IMG/VR virus record: IMGVR_UViG_3300045988_048622 | Coordinates: 101,990-165,989 of that record | Source of the DNA: a virus | DNA: 64,000 nt | Reading direction: 5' to 3' (one strand) | Shown here: positions 38,098 through 47,797 of the stretch, one piece after another | How the letters are laid out: each line of letters starts with the position of its first letter | How positions within the stretch are numbered: the first letter of the stretch is position 1 | Position numbers and translations under genes: made by a program | Notes under the pieces: model-generated | Told to the model about the DNA's origin: nothing | Database searches by the model: none | The model's input: only the letters and a program-made list of their open reading frames with translations

Positions 38098-38559
38098 TTA
38101 TTTCTCTATCTTAGAGAAAGTATAATTTAATCTTTCTATAGATATGATGCAATCTTTTGCAAAGTTTATACCTTTTGTCTAATTATTAGCTGGAGGTTCC
38201 TCCCTAATAGTAATAGAATTTCTATTAGCAACATCACATTCTGGAAATATATAGATGTTATGAAGGTCGCAACATATCATAATATCTATTTCATCCTCGT
38301 TGTATTTGTGAACGGTCCCTTTGTTATAATTATTACTTGTTAAACTAAAGTTCAACGAGTTATTTACAGTTTTACTCGCAGTAGTTTTCACCTAAGTTCT
38401 GTAAAACTTGTTATTATAATATATAACAAAATCAAATGGTAGATTGTCAGACATTGGTAATAAAATATCTAATCCATATTTTGATAATTCACCAATGGCT
38501 ATACGCTCTCCTATTTCTCCGAGCTACTTTTTATTTCTTAATTCGTCTACATTTATCAT
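38098..38559 (-). CDS. PD-(D/E)XK nuclease paralog (Hjc-like), read with TAG as a sense codon
   Basis: Hand translation MINVDELRNKKQLGEIGERIAIGELSKYGLDILLPMSDNLPFDFVIYYNNKFYRTQVKTT... with three in-frame TAGs; same family as 36668-37069; ORF-track fragment 38179..38391 is its middle part. Confidence 0.45.
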
Positions 38560-38580
38560 AGCTTAATTATTTAAAGTTAG

Positions 38581-38651
38581 TTCTCCCTAAGAGAGTCGAA
38601 CTCTTGTCTTTCGATTAAAAGTCGAAAGCTCTACCGTTGAGCTAAGGGAGA
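38581..38651 (-). tRNA. tRNA-Lys (anticodon TTT)
   Basis: Acceptor TCTCCCT/AGGGAGA, D-arm GCTC/GAGC, anticodon stem TTCGA/TCGAA with loop CTTTTAA, T-arm AAGAGTTCGACTCTCTT. Confidence 0.65.
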
Positions 38652-38658
38652 ATAATAG

Positions 38659-38730
38659 TCTTTCCTTCCAGATTCGAACTGGAATTATCTGTTTAGAAGA
38701 CAGAGGTTCTATCCATTGAACTAAGGAAAG
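38659..38730 (-). tRNA. tRNA-Arg (anticodon TCT)
   Basis: Acceptor CTTTCCT/AGGAAAG, D-arm GTTC/GAAC, anticodon stem TCTGT/ACAGA with loop CTTCTAA, T-arm TCCAGTTCGAATCTGGA. Confidence 0.65.
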
Positions 38731-38792
38731 GATAACTAAGAGTTTGTCTACTATTATACAGTATAATCTAGATTTCTCTTAGTTAAGAATTG

Positions 38793-39752
38793 TTAAATCT
38801 TCTCTTCAGAGATTAGTGCGTTCCCACAAGTAATTCGGTCAGAATCTTCCTCCTTAGATGGAACAAACACTATAACATCCCAACCTTCTTTCAATAAAGG
38901 TTGTTCGAATTGACGATAAACATTATAATCAGAGTAGCCAGTTACTTCAAAACCATTCTCAACTGCGGATGCAGTTTCATGAATAGGGGTTATTTTCACA
39001 ATAAACTTCTCTTTATCGAAAAGTCTAGATAACTCCTTTGCATCCAGAATAGTCTGTGCAGTAACTGGGAAATTCAACGTATACTTTCTACCTTTCGGCA
39101 TAGGTAAACGACTAGCCATTTCTGAAATAGTAGCTAATGAATGACTTTTGTTGTCAAATAGCTCTCTTCTCTGTTCATCATCAGTAGAATTTATTGAGAA
39201 TTGAAGACCTGCCTCACCTCCGTAGAAATCATTCTTGATTCCACACCAAGTTTGTATGAAGTTCTCTAGTTTTCTATTAGCTCTAGGAAGCATAGTAGAA
39301 ACTACTGGATGGACAGTCTTAGCTATCAATCCACAACTCTTTACTACTTCTTTTAGAACAATCCCAAATGCTAGCACATTATCGTTCCAAGTTGGCTCTC
39401 CCATTCTTGCGAAATGCACATTGAATCTGTCAGTATTCCTAACAGTCTCATTCTTGATAATGTTTCTTATTTGCCATTCCATCTCTTCAATAGAAACGTT
39501 TCCATGGAATCCAAATTTCGGAACATCACAGAATTTGCATTCCATTGGACATCCTTTCTGAGTGGAAATAGTTGCAACCCACTTCTTATTAAGGTCAACT
39601 TCAGTATTAGCTACTCCGTTAATCTCCTTAGTTAATCCTAGGAAATTAGCTTTGATATTGTTCTCTTTTCCATAGTCTCCTACGGTTAGAAATTCAAGTT
39701 TATGTTCTGTATCAACATAAATCTTTCCTGTGTGAGTAAGTATTGTCTTCAT
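38793..39752 (+). CDS. radical-SAM RNA methyltransferase, RlmN/Cfr family
   Basis: STQKGCPMECKFCDVPKFG matches the RlmN/Cfr signature S.Q.GC...C.FC.T (CX3CX2C); a downstream MGEPTWND corresponds to the family's MGMGEPL motif; lone plus-strand gene inside the tRNA array. Confidence 0.6.
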
Positions 39753-40032
39753 TGTTCTTCAATTGCCTTCCAAATGATAATTAATATTATGAATACTACT
39801 ATATAGGTCATGGTACAATCCTCCAATCCAATCTATTCATCACTATTCTGAATTTGTTAGCTTCTGACCAGCTACGGAAAGACCTAACGATCTTCCCGTA
39901 ACTGTCCAACAGATAATATTTCATACTTAACTAGCTCTCCATTAATATGAATTGTACAAAGGATTATATTGCCTACAATAATCATAGTTTCCACCATAAT
40001 TATCTCACCGTTTATTTCGGTGATTCTTCTCA

Positions 40033-40284
40033 TTATTGCCATAAACTAAATACTTTTTTTGTTAGTGGATAGTTTCCTCTCCACTTTGTTGCATACTTAA
40101 ATACACGAGAATCGCCTGTACGACGCCAAGTAGATCGAAATAGCGGGAATAAAATCGCCATAACGACAAGTCCAAATACTAGAACAATGAAAGTTAAACC
40201 TTTCAGTATATGTTCTAATAACCAAACGGGTAAAGTAATGCCCCATCTAACAATTGCTAATAAATCTTCCATATTAGTTCTCAA
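40033..40284 (-). CDS. small membrane protein
   Basis: 83 aa with two transmembrane helices. Confidence 0.3.
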   Translation of the reverse strand: MRTNMEDLLAIVRWGITLPVWLLEHILKGLTFIVLVFGLVVMAILFPLFRSTWRRTGDSRVFKYATKWRGNYPLTKKVFSLWQ

Positions 40285-40507
40285 CTATCAGAGTGTTATG
40301 GATTCTCAATTCCTCTTCCGAAATCGGAATTAATTCTCCAAATACTCTTATGTATTTTTGTTCTTTGATTACTAATGATGTGGTAATTTCAGTGATTACC
40401 TCGATGTTAGCATTGTGCCATCTCTTTAAATACTGAGAATGTATTCTTCTAGACAATTCGTAGTTGTCTGAAGATGCTATTCTCGCAGCTTTGAATCTTT
40501 TTCTCAT
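40274..40507 (-). CDS. hypothetical protein
   Basis: 77-aa ORF. Confidence 0.3.
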   Translation of the reverse strand: MRKRFKAARIASSDNYELSRRIHSQYLKRWHNANIEVITEITTSLVIKEQKYIRVFGELIPISEEELRIHNTLIVEN

Positions 40508-40704
40508 GGTTTTCTTTTTAATTCGTTAAATCTTTTTCTTGCTAATTTTCCATTCACAAATGTTTCTGTAACTGTTCTGATGCCTTCTATGTGAATGGTA
40601 TACTCGAAGGCGTGGGTTCCAGTGAGAGTTATCACTCTTCCCCATGAATCTGTAAATCTTGCGCGAACAGTTGAATCGCAGTGTAATCTGTTGAATTTTC
40701 TCAT
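40504..40704 (-). CDS. hypothetical protein
   Basis: 66-aa ORF. Confidence 0.3.
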   Translation of the reverse strand: MRKFNRLHCDSTVRARFTDSWGRVITLTGTHAFEYTIHIEGIRTVTETFVNGKLARKRFNELKRKP

Positions 40705-40758
40705 TTTCTTTTTCTTTTAATCCTGACTACCTATTTCTAGGTAGTTTCGTCTTAATTT

Positions 40759-41376
40759 TCAAAGACTCATCAGAGGATCTTCATATAAACCCAATTTATA
40801 CAATTGCATTATTTCTTCATCTTTACTTTTAGGGTCTAATATAGAAAGACCTTTTCTTATTTTTTCTAATCTTTCTAAATTGTTTTTCCTCGATAAATCG
40901 TTCATGCATGTAACTGCACTGAATCCGTAGTCTGTTTCAGTCATTATAAATAGTCCTGTATCTGTGACAACTGTAGAATCAAATATTTTTCCTAAGCAAA
41001 AATCTTTGCAGATATTCCTTAGTATATTATCTAGTCCTACAATTTTAAACCTCTCGTTATACCTATCTAAAAAATGACGTGTAAACTCCAGTACTGTAGT
41101 ATCAGTAGAATAAGCATATATTCTTTTGCCACATTTAGTAAATACCGTATAATTTAAACTATTTCTACTTAGACATTTCCATACTAAATAATATCTGTTA
41201 TTTCCAACTTTCATCTGAGTTATTTCTCCAAAGTGTGGAAAAGTCATTTGATTTTTCATTTTCAACAGTATTCGCCTTTTCTTTACGGCCATTCTTTCTG
41301 CAATTTTATCTATTGAGTCTATATCGCGGTTAAATTCCCTGACAATATCTTTACCTGTCATCGTATCTACAATCAT
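40759..41376 (-). CDS. hypothetical protein
   Basis: 205-aa ORF. Confidence 0.4.
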   Translation of the reverse strand: MIVDTMTGKDIVREFNRDIDSIDKIAERMAVKKRRILLKMKNQMTFPHFGEITQMKVGNNRYYLVWKCLSRNSLNYTVFTKCGKRIYAYSTDTTVLEFTRHFLDRYNERFKIVGLDNILRNICKDFCLGKIFDSTVVTDTGLFIMTETDYGFSAVTCMNDLSRKNNLERLEKIRKGLSILDPKSKDEEIMQLYKLGLYEDPLMSL

Positions 41377-41450
41377 AAATTACTATCTATTAAATTATTA
41401 AAAGTGCTGTTTTACTTCTAAGCCAGCAAAGGGCGAAGGACTTCCAATTC

Positions 41451-41786
41451 TCAGTTTAATTCGTATCCAAATTTTCTAAAAGCTTCTACTACTAGAGTCA
41501 ATGTATGCTTTCCTACATTTCTAACTCTTAGTATATCTCTCTTTGAATACTGTTTAACGAAAGTACTTAGAGTTATGGTTACGTCATTAGTAACAGACCT
41601 TAAAGCATTATTTGCCCTAACATCTAGCTCTTCAAATAGAACGTAGATAGGAACATCTATTTGCTCCTTCTTAATTTTCTCTGTCTCGTAGATTACTCCT
41701 AGAGAATCTAACACTTTCTTATAGAGCTTAGATTCTTCTGCATTGATAGACTGTTCTTTAATCTTGATAATTTCCATGATAAACAT
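41451..41786 (-). CDS. hypothetical protein
   Basis: 111-aa ORF. Confidence 0.35.
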   Translation of the reverse strand: MFIMEIIKIKEQSINAEESKLYKKVLDSLGVIYETEKIKKEQIDVPIYVLFEELDVRANNALRSVTNDVTITLSTFVKQYSKRDILRVRNVGKHTLTLVVEAFRKFGYELN

Positions 41787-42120
41787 TTTTATTAATTATT
41801 ACTAGAACTATTAGTTTCAGCTTGAATAGCTTACTTATCTCCTAAACCACGTAAAGGTTGTTCTTATCTTAGGAGTAGAGGCACCGCTGTGCCTCACAAT
41901 TGTCTCAGAACTTTCCTGTGCCTATAGCCAAATGGCTATTTTCGATTATATAGTGTATAATCTCACAATACTTTGCCTTATCTCTCGATAAGACATCTCT
42001 CCAGTATCAAGGAGCATACTGTTTGGTATAAGAGATGCTCTGCATTAGTCTCTGGGCGTACCCATTATAGTCCTTAACAGCAAATAGAGCCTACAAGTAG
42101 CTGTAGTCCTCAAATACTAA

Positions 42121-42190
42121 GTTCCCCACTCCGGGTTTGAACCAGAATCTCCTTCTTTAGAGGAAGGCGCAATGCATTATACTAATGGGG
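42121..42190 (-). tRNA. amber-suppressor tRNA (anticodon CTA), copy 2 with a different body
   Basis: Acceptor TCCCCAT/GTGGGGA, anticodon stem CCTTC/GAAGG with loop CTCTAAA (C34 U35 A36 = CUA), T-arm TCTGGTTCAAACCCGGA; lies in an ORF-free 1.2 kb region. Confidence 0.55.
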
Positions 42191-43033
42191 AAAACTCTAT
42201 CTTGGCAACTAGTATAAGATAGGGAGTTATTCAACTACTTAATTCTCAGTTTCCTATACTGAAAATCAAATAGCTACGTTACTAACGTTCACTAAGAATA
42301 TAGGTAGCTAATCCATATTCTTGCGACTGAGTTCGAGGTAGGAAATATACCCTTATGAGGTATCCTCTTATCAGCTAGCCTTATTAATCTAGCGGCTTAT
42401 ACCAGGCAACTTCTAATACAATTGCATAACATATAAAAATATGACATACATGGTCTACTGGTATGTCAGCAGTACTTTCATATATTGCTATAAGTGACCA
42501 ATCTTATAGCTCAATCCTCCTTACTCATGAGATAAGTTTGCGAACTCTCATTTTCATTAATAGCAGTTATTTTCGGATATTGGGCTATCTGCGTAACCCC
42601 GCTTTTTGTTGCCTTTTTATAGGCTAATGTTAGAGTAAATAATCATTGTAGTATGAGTTATAAAACTCGTCCTACTGGCGATTTTTTGAAAACTGGAAAA
42701 AGTAGGAAAATCTGCCTTTGAGTTTGTGGAACATTCTTCTCCTTACTTGCCCATATTTTCTTTTGTGAAACTGAATTTTCAAAAGAAATGATAGTCTTTC
42801 CTATCAGCCAGACATAAAAACTAAAACTACTACAAAAGTTAACTCGGTTTTGATTTTTTTTTGTTTTGTTGTTGATTTCTCCGTTGACCAATGATGGAGT
42901 TCATATGGGCATTTTATTTATACTCGTAATACCTTAGAGTTGCACGTTTGACTTATTTTAAATCTCGTTGTGCGCTGAGATTGACTCTAAGATTCGGTCA
43001 CACTCTCACTTATTTATACACGAGAGAGTCGTG

Positions 43034-43228
43034 TTAATCTACAAAGACAATTCTTATTACTTTTGGGATGTCTTCTTCTGACTTTTGATAAGTCATAATC
43101 CATGCTTCAGAAGTTTTACAATAAACTCTGTCCGCCTTGAGATTTAACTTTTCTCCAGTCTTTGGGTCATAGATTATTCCCCAGCTATACAAACACTTTT
43201 TCGTTCTGAACTTTTTTCTCGTGTCCAT
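43034..43228 (-). CDS. hypothetical protein
   Basis: 64-aa ORF. Confidence 0.3.
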   Translation of the reverse strand: MDTRKKFRTKKCLYSWGIIYDPKTGEKLNLKADRVYCKTSEAWIMTYQKSEEDIPKVIRIVFVD

Positions 43229-43279
43229 AACTACAAAGATTATTTGTATATAAAAGAAAGGGGATTTCTCCCCAATCTT

Positions 43280-43726
43280 TTACTCGTAATCCTCAACCTC
43301 AAGTTTGTAAGTTCTCTTGGTGTAAGCCGGAACTCCTCCGTGTGCTTCGATGTCCTCAGAGGTGATGCTCTTTACCACAAATGTTACTTTATGGTCAATG
43401 CACCAAACAAGAAAATTTGCATTTTCCAAAGGAGTAGAACCAATAGCAGGAGCTTCGTCGTCGATAGTTACACCAGCGAAGTGTTTAGCTCCAATTGATG
43501 CACCGCTGTCAGTTGTGAAAGTGATAGGCACAAATCTTGCTTGTCCTTCTCTTTGTGTATTGTTTGTCAATTCCATTTTGTTCATAGCAACAATCTGGAA
43601 CTTATCGCCCTTCTTCAAGCCGACAACAACTGAACGTTCATTACCTTCCAAACCTAATGAGTTTACCACTGATTTAGCACGTTCTTCTACGCTGAGATTA
43701 CTGTTCTTTAATTCTTCGAGTGTCAT
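43280..43726 (-). CDS. hypothetical protein
   Basis: 148-aa ORF; last gene of the minus-strand block. Confidence 0.4.
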   Translation of the reverse strand: MTLEELKNSNLSVEERAKSVVNSLGLEGNERSVVVGLKKGDKFQIVAMNKMELTNNTQREGQARFVPITFTTDSGASIGAKHFAGVTIDDEAPAIGSTPLENANFLVWCIDHKVTFVVKSITSEDIEAHGGVPAYTKRTYKLEVEDYE

Positions 43727-44044
43727 AATACTAAAAATTTTTAATTTGTTAATACTGTGAGTTACTTTTGTTTTTGTTTTAGTTTTATATCAATATACAG
43801 GGGGGGACTAAAGGGGTTGTGGACCGCCATAACAGTCTCTCATATAATTTTCGGAATCTAGGTAATTTTCACCTGTATATAAATTCCGAATTTATTAAAC
43901 CCCCAGGGGGCTATTTATATAAAGTACCTGTACCCATTTGCGGATAACTAAATGAAATATGTATAATATTAGAATTAGAATTTTTTAACTTTGTATTTAA
44001 CTTTTCAGAAGGTATTGTTGTATATAACTAAAAAAGAAACAATT

Positions 44045-44446
44045 ATGATTACAGACTTAGAAACATTACTAAATTAGGACGAGTTTAAGAATCTCGTTGA
44101 TGCAATTAATAAGAACTAGGAGTATTATCTATCAAGTAATGGTCTAACCATTAAAGCGGAATCTACAGATGATTCTTTATTCTTATTAATATCTTATGAG
44201 AGATAGAAAGAGGAAAGCTGTCTAGCTAATGAAGAAGTAGGCAAATTCCAGAAATACTTAGAATCTTTAGATGATGATTTATTTATAGATGTCTGCGAAT
44301 ATCTAGGGGAATCCGAACTGAATAAAATTCAAGAATGTTTGGAAAGTGGAAAATTGGAATCAGTAAGAGCTGGAATTACTAAATTCAGAATGGCATTATC
44401 TAATGTGGTAACTATGAAAATAGAACAACTGAAAGCATATGTATGA
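44045..44446 (+). CDS. hypothetical protein (TAG read as a sense codon)
   Basis: 133-aa ORF open only if four TAG codons are read through; ends at TGA; first gene of the plus-strand block. Confidence 0.4.
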
Positions 44447-44583
44447 ACAAATAGCTCAAATAAGAATACTCCTTGCTAATGTAAATGCAACCATGTAGGC
44501 TTTATTTCACGAAAACGAACAGCTAAGGAAAGAACTAGAGAAATTGGCAGCGGAGAATAAATCTCTAAAAGAGAAATAAATAC

Positions 44584-44655
44584 TGCCCTATGGTGTAATG
44601 GTCAGCACAGATGACTCTAAATCATTTAGTCTGGGTTCGAATCCTAGTAGGGCAA
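44584..44655 (+). tRNA. amber-suppressor tRNA (anticodon CTA), tRNA-Gln-derived
   Basis: Acceptor TGCCCTA/TAGGGCA, D-arm TGGTGTAATGGT nearly identical to the tRNA-Gln(TTG) at 30391-30462, anticodon stem GATGA/TCATT with loop CTCTAAA (CUA), T-arm CTGGGTTCGAATCCTAG. Confidence 0.75.
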
Positions 44656-44672
44656 CGCCAAAATTAATAGTT

Positions 44673-44900
44673 ATGATAAATTTAAATGAGAATTATGCTG
44701 TAACTCCAACAGGAGCTAAGACCCTTATTATTGAAGAGGGAGATGATTGGAATAAAGTTTGCGATAAGGTAGTTGGATGTAGATTTGATTACATATTTGT
44801 ACCTCAAGAATTTGAGAATCAAGCCTGCTACTTTCTTCCACAAATAAGTATTCAAGGAAAGCAGATAGGTAAGATATGTACTTATAAAGTAGTGAAATGA
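44673..44900 (+). CDS. hypothetical protein
   Basis: ORF-track 44598..44900 trimmed to the first ATG after the tRNA. Confidence 0.35.
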   Translation: MINLNENYAVTPTGAKTLIIEEGDDWNKVCDKVVGCRFDYIFVPQEFENQACYFLPQISIQGKQIGKICTYKVVK

Positions 44901-45211
44901 AACAGTGTGCAGTCGTATTGAATGGTAATGATGTTGTCAAAGTTTCTAATTTAAAAAGAAAGTATGACAAAATAATGAGTAATCCCAATATGAAAATATT
45001 GGAGGAGTGTGATAAGGAAATGCTAGATGAGAAATACAACTACTGGAATAGAACATTAAATAGAAATATAGAAGAGGAGAAAAATGAGGAAGCAAAACTC
45101 CATCATTTTAGGAATCCAAAAACAGGTTGCACTATAGCAAGTATCTATCCAGATTTAGAGGAATGTAAATCATATATAAAAGACTGGATGGATTATGTTA
45201 AACTTGACTGA
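44897..45211 (+). CDS. hypothetical protein
   Basis: 104-aa ORF. Confidence 0.35.
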   Translation: MKQCAVVLNGNDVVKVSNLKRKYDKIMSNPNMKILEECDKEMLDEKYNYWNRTLNRNIEEEKNEEAKLHHFRNPKTGCTIASIYPDLEECKSYIKDWMDYVKLD

Positions 45212-45379
45212 TAAATACAATGAACTAACTAAGCCAAATTTAAAAGAGTTATCTGAAACTATACTCCTAGCAGCAGAATCTTTAATTGAGATTGTTGCAG
45301 AAGAAGGAAAACAAAATGAACAATGGTTTCTAGATTACCTAGATGAATTAAATAGACTAAGTGTAATATACTAAAATAT

Positions 45380-45616
45380 ATGGATAAAGAATTTAAATTT
45401 GAAGTCTTTATTAACGGTCAACTAATAAATATGATAAAAGCCGGATATTTAGAAAGTACACTTAGAAGTGTTCCGGAGAATAAATCATTACTGATTGATA
45501 TATGGAATGTAGTTGACAATTCAGTTAGAAATCTAATTAAAAATGGACTATATAAAGACACTACACTAGAAAAAGCAATAATTGATAATACATTTGAGGG
45601 ATATGATAGACTTTAA
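45380..45616 (+). CDS. hypothetical protein
   Basis: 78-aa ORF. Confidence 0.35.
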   Translation: MDKEFKFEVFINGQLINMIKAGYLESTLRSVPENKSLLIDIWNVVDNSVRNLIKNGLYKDTTLEKAIIDNTFEGYDRL

Positions 45617-45818
45617 AAAGACATTGACAAACTTACATAATGAATTTCCAGAATTTGACTTGGATACATTATTTAAAATAGTAGATGCTATAGTAGAAAC
45701 TTCTACTCCTACAATAACCATCCCAAGTGGTATTAGATAGCCATCAGATAAACCTTGGTGGGAGGATGGTATAAATAGAATCACTTGTACTTATGATACA
45801 AAGTATAATGTTAAATAA
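45603..45818 (+). CDS. hypothetical small protein (one TAG read as a sense codon)
   Basis: ATG at 45603; reading through one TAG extends it to TAA at 45816-45818. Confidence 0.25.
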
Positions 45819-46122
45819 AAATAGGCGAACCTAATCTCTAGGCTCGCCTATTTTGTTATATAATATAGTACCAATCAGTTCTCTCCATGACTCCCTTTTC
45901 TCTAAGCTATTTATTATCTAAATGATAATCTCCGTTTCTGAAATTCAATTCCTTTTTAGAATAATCCCAATAAAAATATCCTCTCCATCCAGGAAGTAAG
46001 AGAGTACGACCTGTTGCCGCGTGTAAAGTTGCTTTGTTATAGTCCATGTTACTTTTTAAATATAAATAGTAAATATAGATATATTCTTAATACAATCTCT
46101 TTAATGCACTTAATAATGTTTT

Positions 46123-46464
46123 TCATCGTTTCTTAGTTTTAATAAATCCATAAGTTCCCTTCTTTAATCTAGTAGTAGGAATCCATCCATTATCTAGAAT
46201 AGACCTATGTCCACTCGGTTTATGTATCTTAGCCCCATCTTCGTGTTTCCATTTAGAAGCATTTCTAGCAAAATTAGCTCGCTTCTTCTAAAGAAGGGTA
46301 GCGTTAGGATTGTTTAGTACATGCTTAGCGTGTTCTTGTACAGATTCTCCTGCTGCCTTGGCAGATGCTGTAAATTTGCCTCTGTTCTTCTCTTTAATGT
46401 GAATGCCCGACCCATTTTTGAAAATTGGACACCCAAATGTTGTAATTTTCTTACTGTTAGACAT
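46123..46464 (-). CDS. hypothetical basic protein (one TAG read as a sense codon)
   Basis: 113-aa minus-strand ORF MSNSKKITTFGCPIFKNG...; a single in-frame TAG joins two fragments, each under 60 aa. Confidence 0.35.
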
Positions 46465-46578
46465 TTTTAATATAATGTATTATTTATTGATTTGTATCTT
46501 ACAAAGAATATTAATATACTTGAAAAGTATCAAATAAATATAGATAAATGTGATAAATGATTAAATGAATTATGACTA

Positions 46579-47493
46579 ATGGACAAAAGTAAAATTACAA
46601 AACAAAATGGGAACATAGCTTTTGAGGAAGAAGCTCATATTTATTATGATGTTACAAAGCCAGAACAGAAGTTTATATCTGTAACGACTTTAATTCATTC
46701 TTTCACCCAACCATTTGATAAGGAGTTCTGGTCAGCATATAAAGCACTAGAGAAACTCTTACCTAAAGAAGATTGGGCTATAGAAAAAAAGTCTTTGTTG
46801 AACACTAAGAAATTTGATAAAGTTCTACTTGAACTTCATAACATTACAGAAGACGAGTTTAATAAAGAGCAACAAACTATCTTAGATGCTTGGGATTTAG
46901 AGAATAGAAACTCATGCGAGAGGGGAACTAAAATCCATGCAGATTTGGAAAACTCTTTCTATAAAAAGAAACAGAACATAGACCTTAGTAAATATCAAAT
47001 AGGTGGCAAGTTCGAGTGTATAAAAGACCACAATGAATTAGACTTAGAGAATGGTGTATATCCTGAGTATTTAATATCTAGAGTATCGGATGATGGAAAG
47101 CTAAGAATAGCAGGACAGATTGACTTATTAGTTAAAAGAGGAAATAAGATAATTATAGGAGACTGGAAGACCAATAAGAAAATAGAAACTAAGAGTTTCT
47201 TCAATTCTAAAACCAAAACTTCTGTTAAGATGAAATATCCTCTAAATAATTTAGATGATGTTAATTACTGGCACTATACTTTACAATTAAGTACTTATGC
47301 TTGGATGATTCAAAAGAAAAATCCAGAGTTTGAAATAGAGGATTTGGTTTTGGTACATTTCGACCATAATGACAATATGACAGTATATCATTTGCCATAT
47401 CTAAAAGATGAGGTTATAAAAATGCTAGCCTTCTATAAGAAGGAATCTATATTGGCAGAAAATAAAAGAAAACGTCAACGTATTGAATATTAA
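46579..47493 (+). CDS. PD-(D/E)XK nuclease (YqaJ/Cas4-like exonuclease fold)
   Basis: Core motif ...GQIDLLVKRGNKIIIGDWKTNKK... (D...D/E-x-K). Confidence 0.5.
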   Translation: MDKSKITKQNGNIAFEEEAHIYYDVTKPEQKFISVTTLIHSFTQPFDKEFWSAYKALEKLLPKEDWAIEKKSLLNTKKFDKVLLELHNITEDEFNKEQQTILDAWDLENRNSCERGTKIHADLENSFYKKKQNIDLSKYQIGGKFECIKDHNELDLENGVYPEYLISRVSDDGKLRIAGQIDLLVKRGNKIIIGDWKTNKKIETKSFFNSKTKTSVKMKYPLNNLDDVNYWHYTLQLSTYAWMIQKKNPEFEIEDLVLVHFDHNDNMTVYHLPYLKDEVIKMLAFYKKESILAENKRKRQRIEY

Positions 47494-47495
47494 TT

Positions 47496-47711
47496 ATGAC
47501 ACTAGAGGAAATAGAAGAAAGATTTGAGATATGTAGACGCTGTCCAATATGTGACCAAGATAATGGATTATGTAATGGGCATTTGTATCTAAATCCAAAG
47601 AATAATGATATAAGTATAAGCCCTAAAGAAGGGTATATAAAGGGATGTGGATGTTTACTAGAGAAGAAGATTCCAAACGAAAAGAAACATTGCCCAGCAG
47701 GGAAATGGTAA
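47496..47711 (+). CDS. small Cys-rich zinc-binding protein
   Basis: CRRCPICDQ...CNGH...GCGC...HCPAGKW. Confidence 0.4.
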   Translation: MTLEEIEERFEICRRCPICDQDNGLCNGHLYLNPKNNDISISPKEGYIKGCGCLLEKKIPNEKKHCPAGKW

Positions 47712-47797
47712 TCTATGGAACTCCTATATTATATAAACCAGATAAGCATTATATACTTACTGTCCAAAATATAAACGAGAAGGAGGAAGAAGATATG

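Noticed and set aside
42290-42365. T-loop-like gagttcgagg at about 42318 as a possible additional plus-strand tRNA.
   Set aside because: Acceptor and anticodon stems could not be folded around it.
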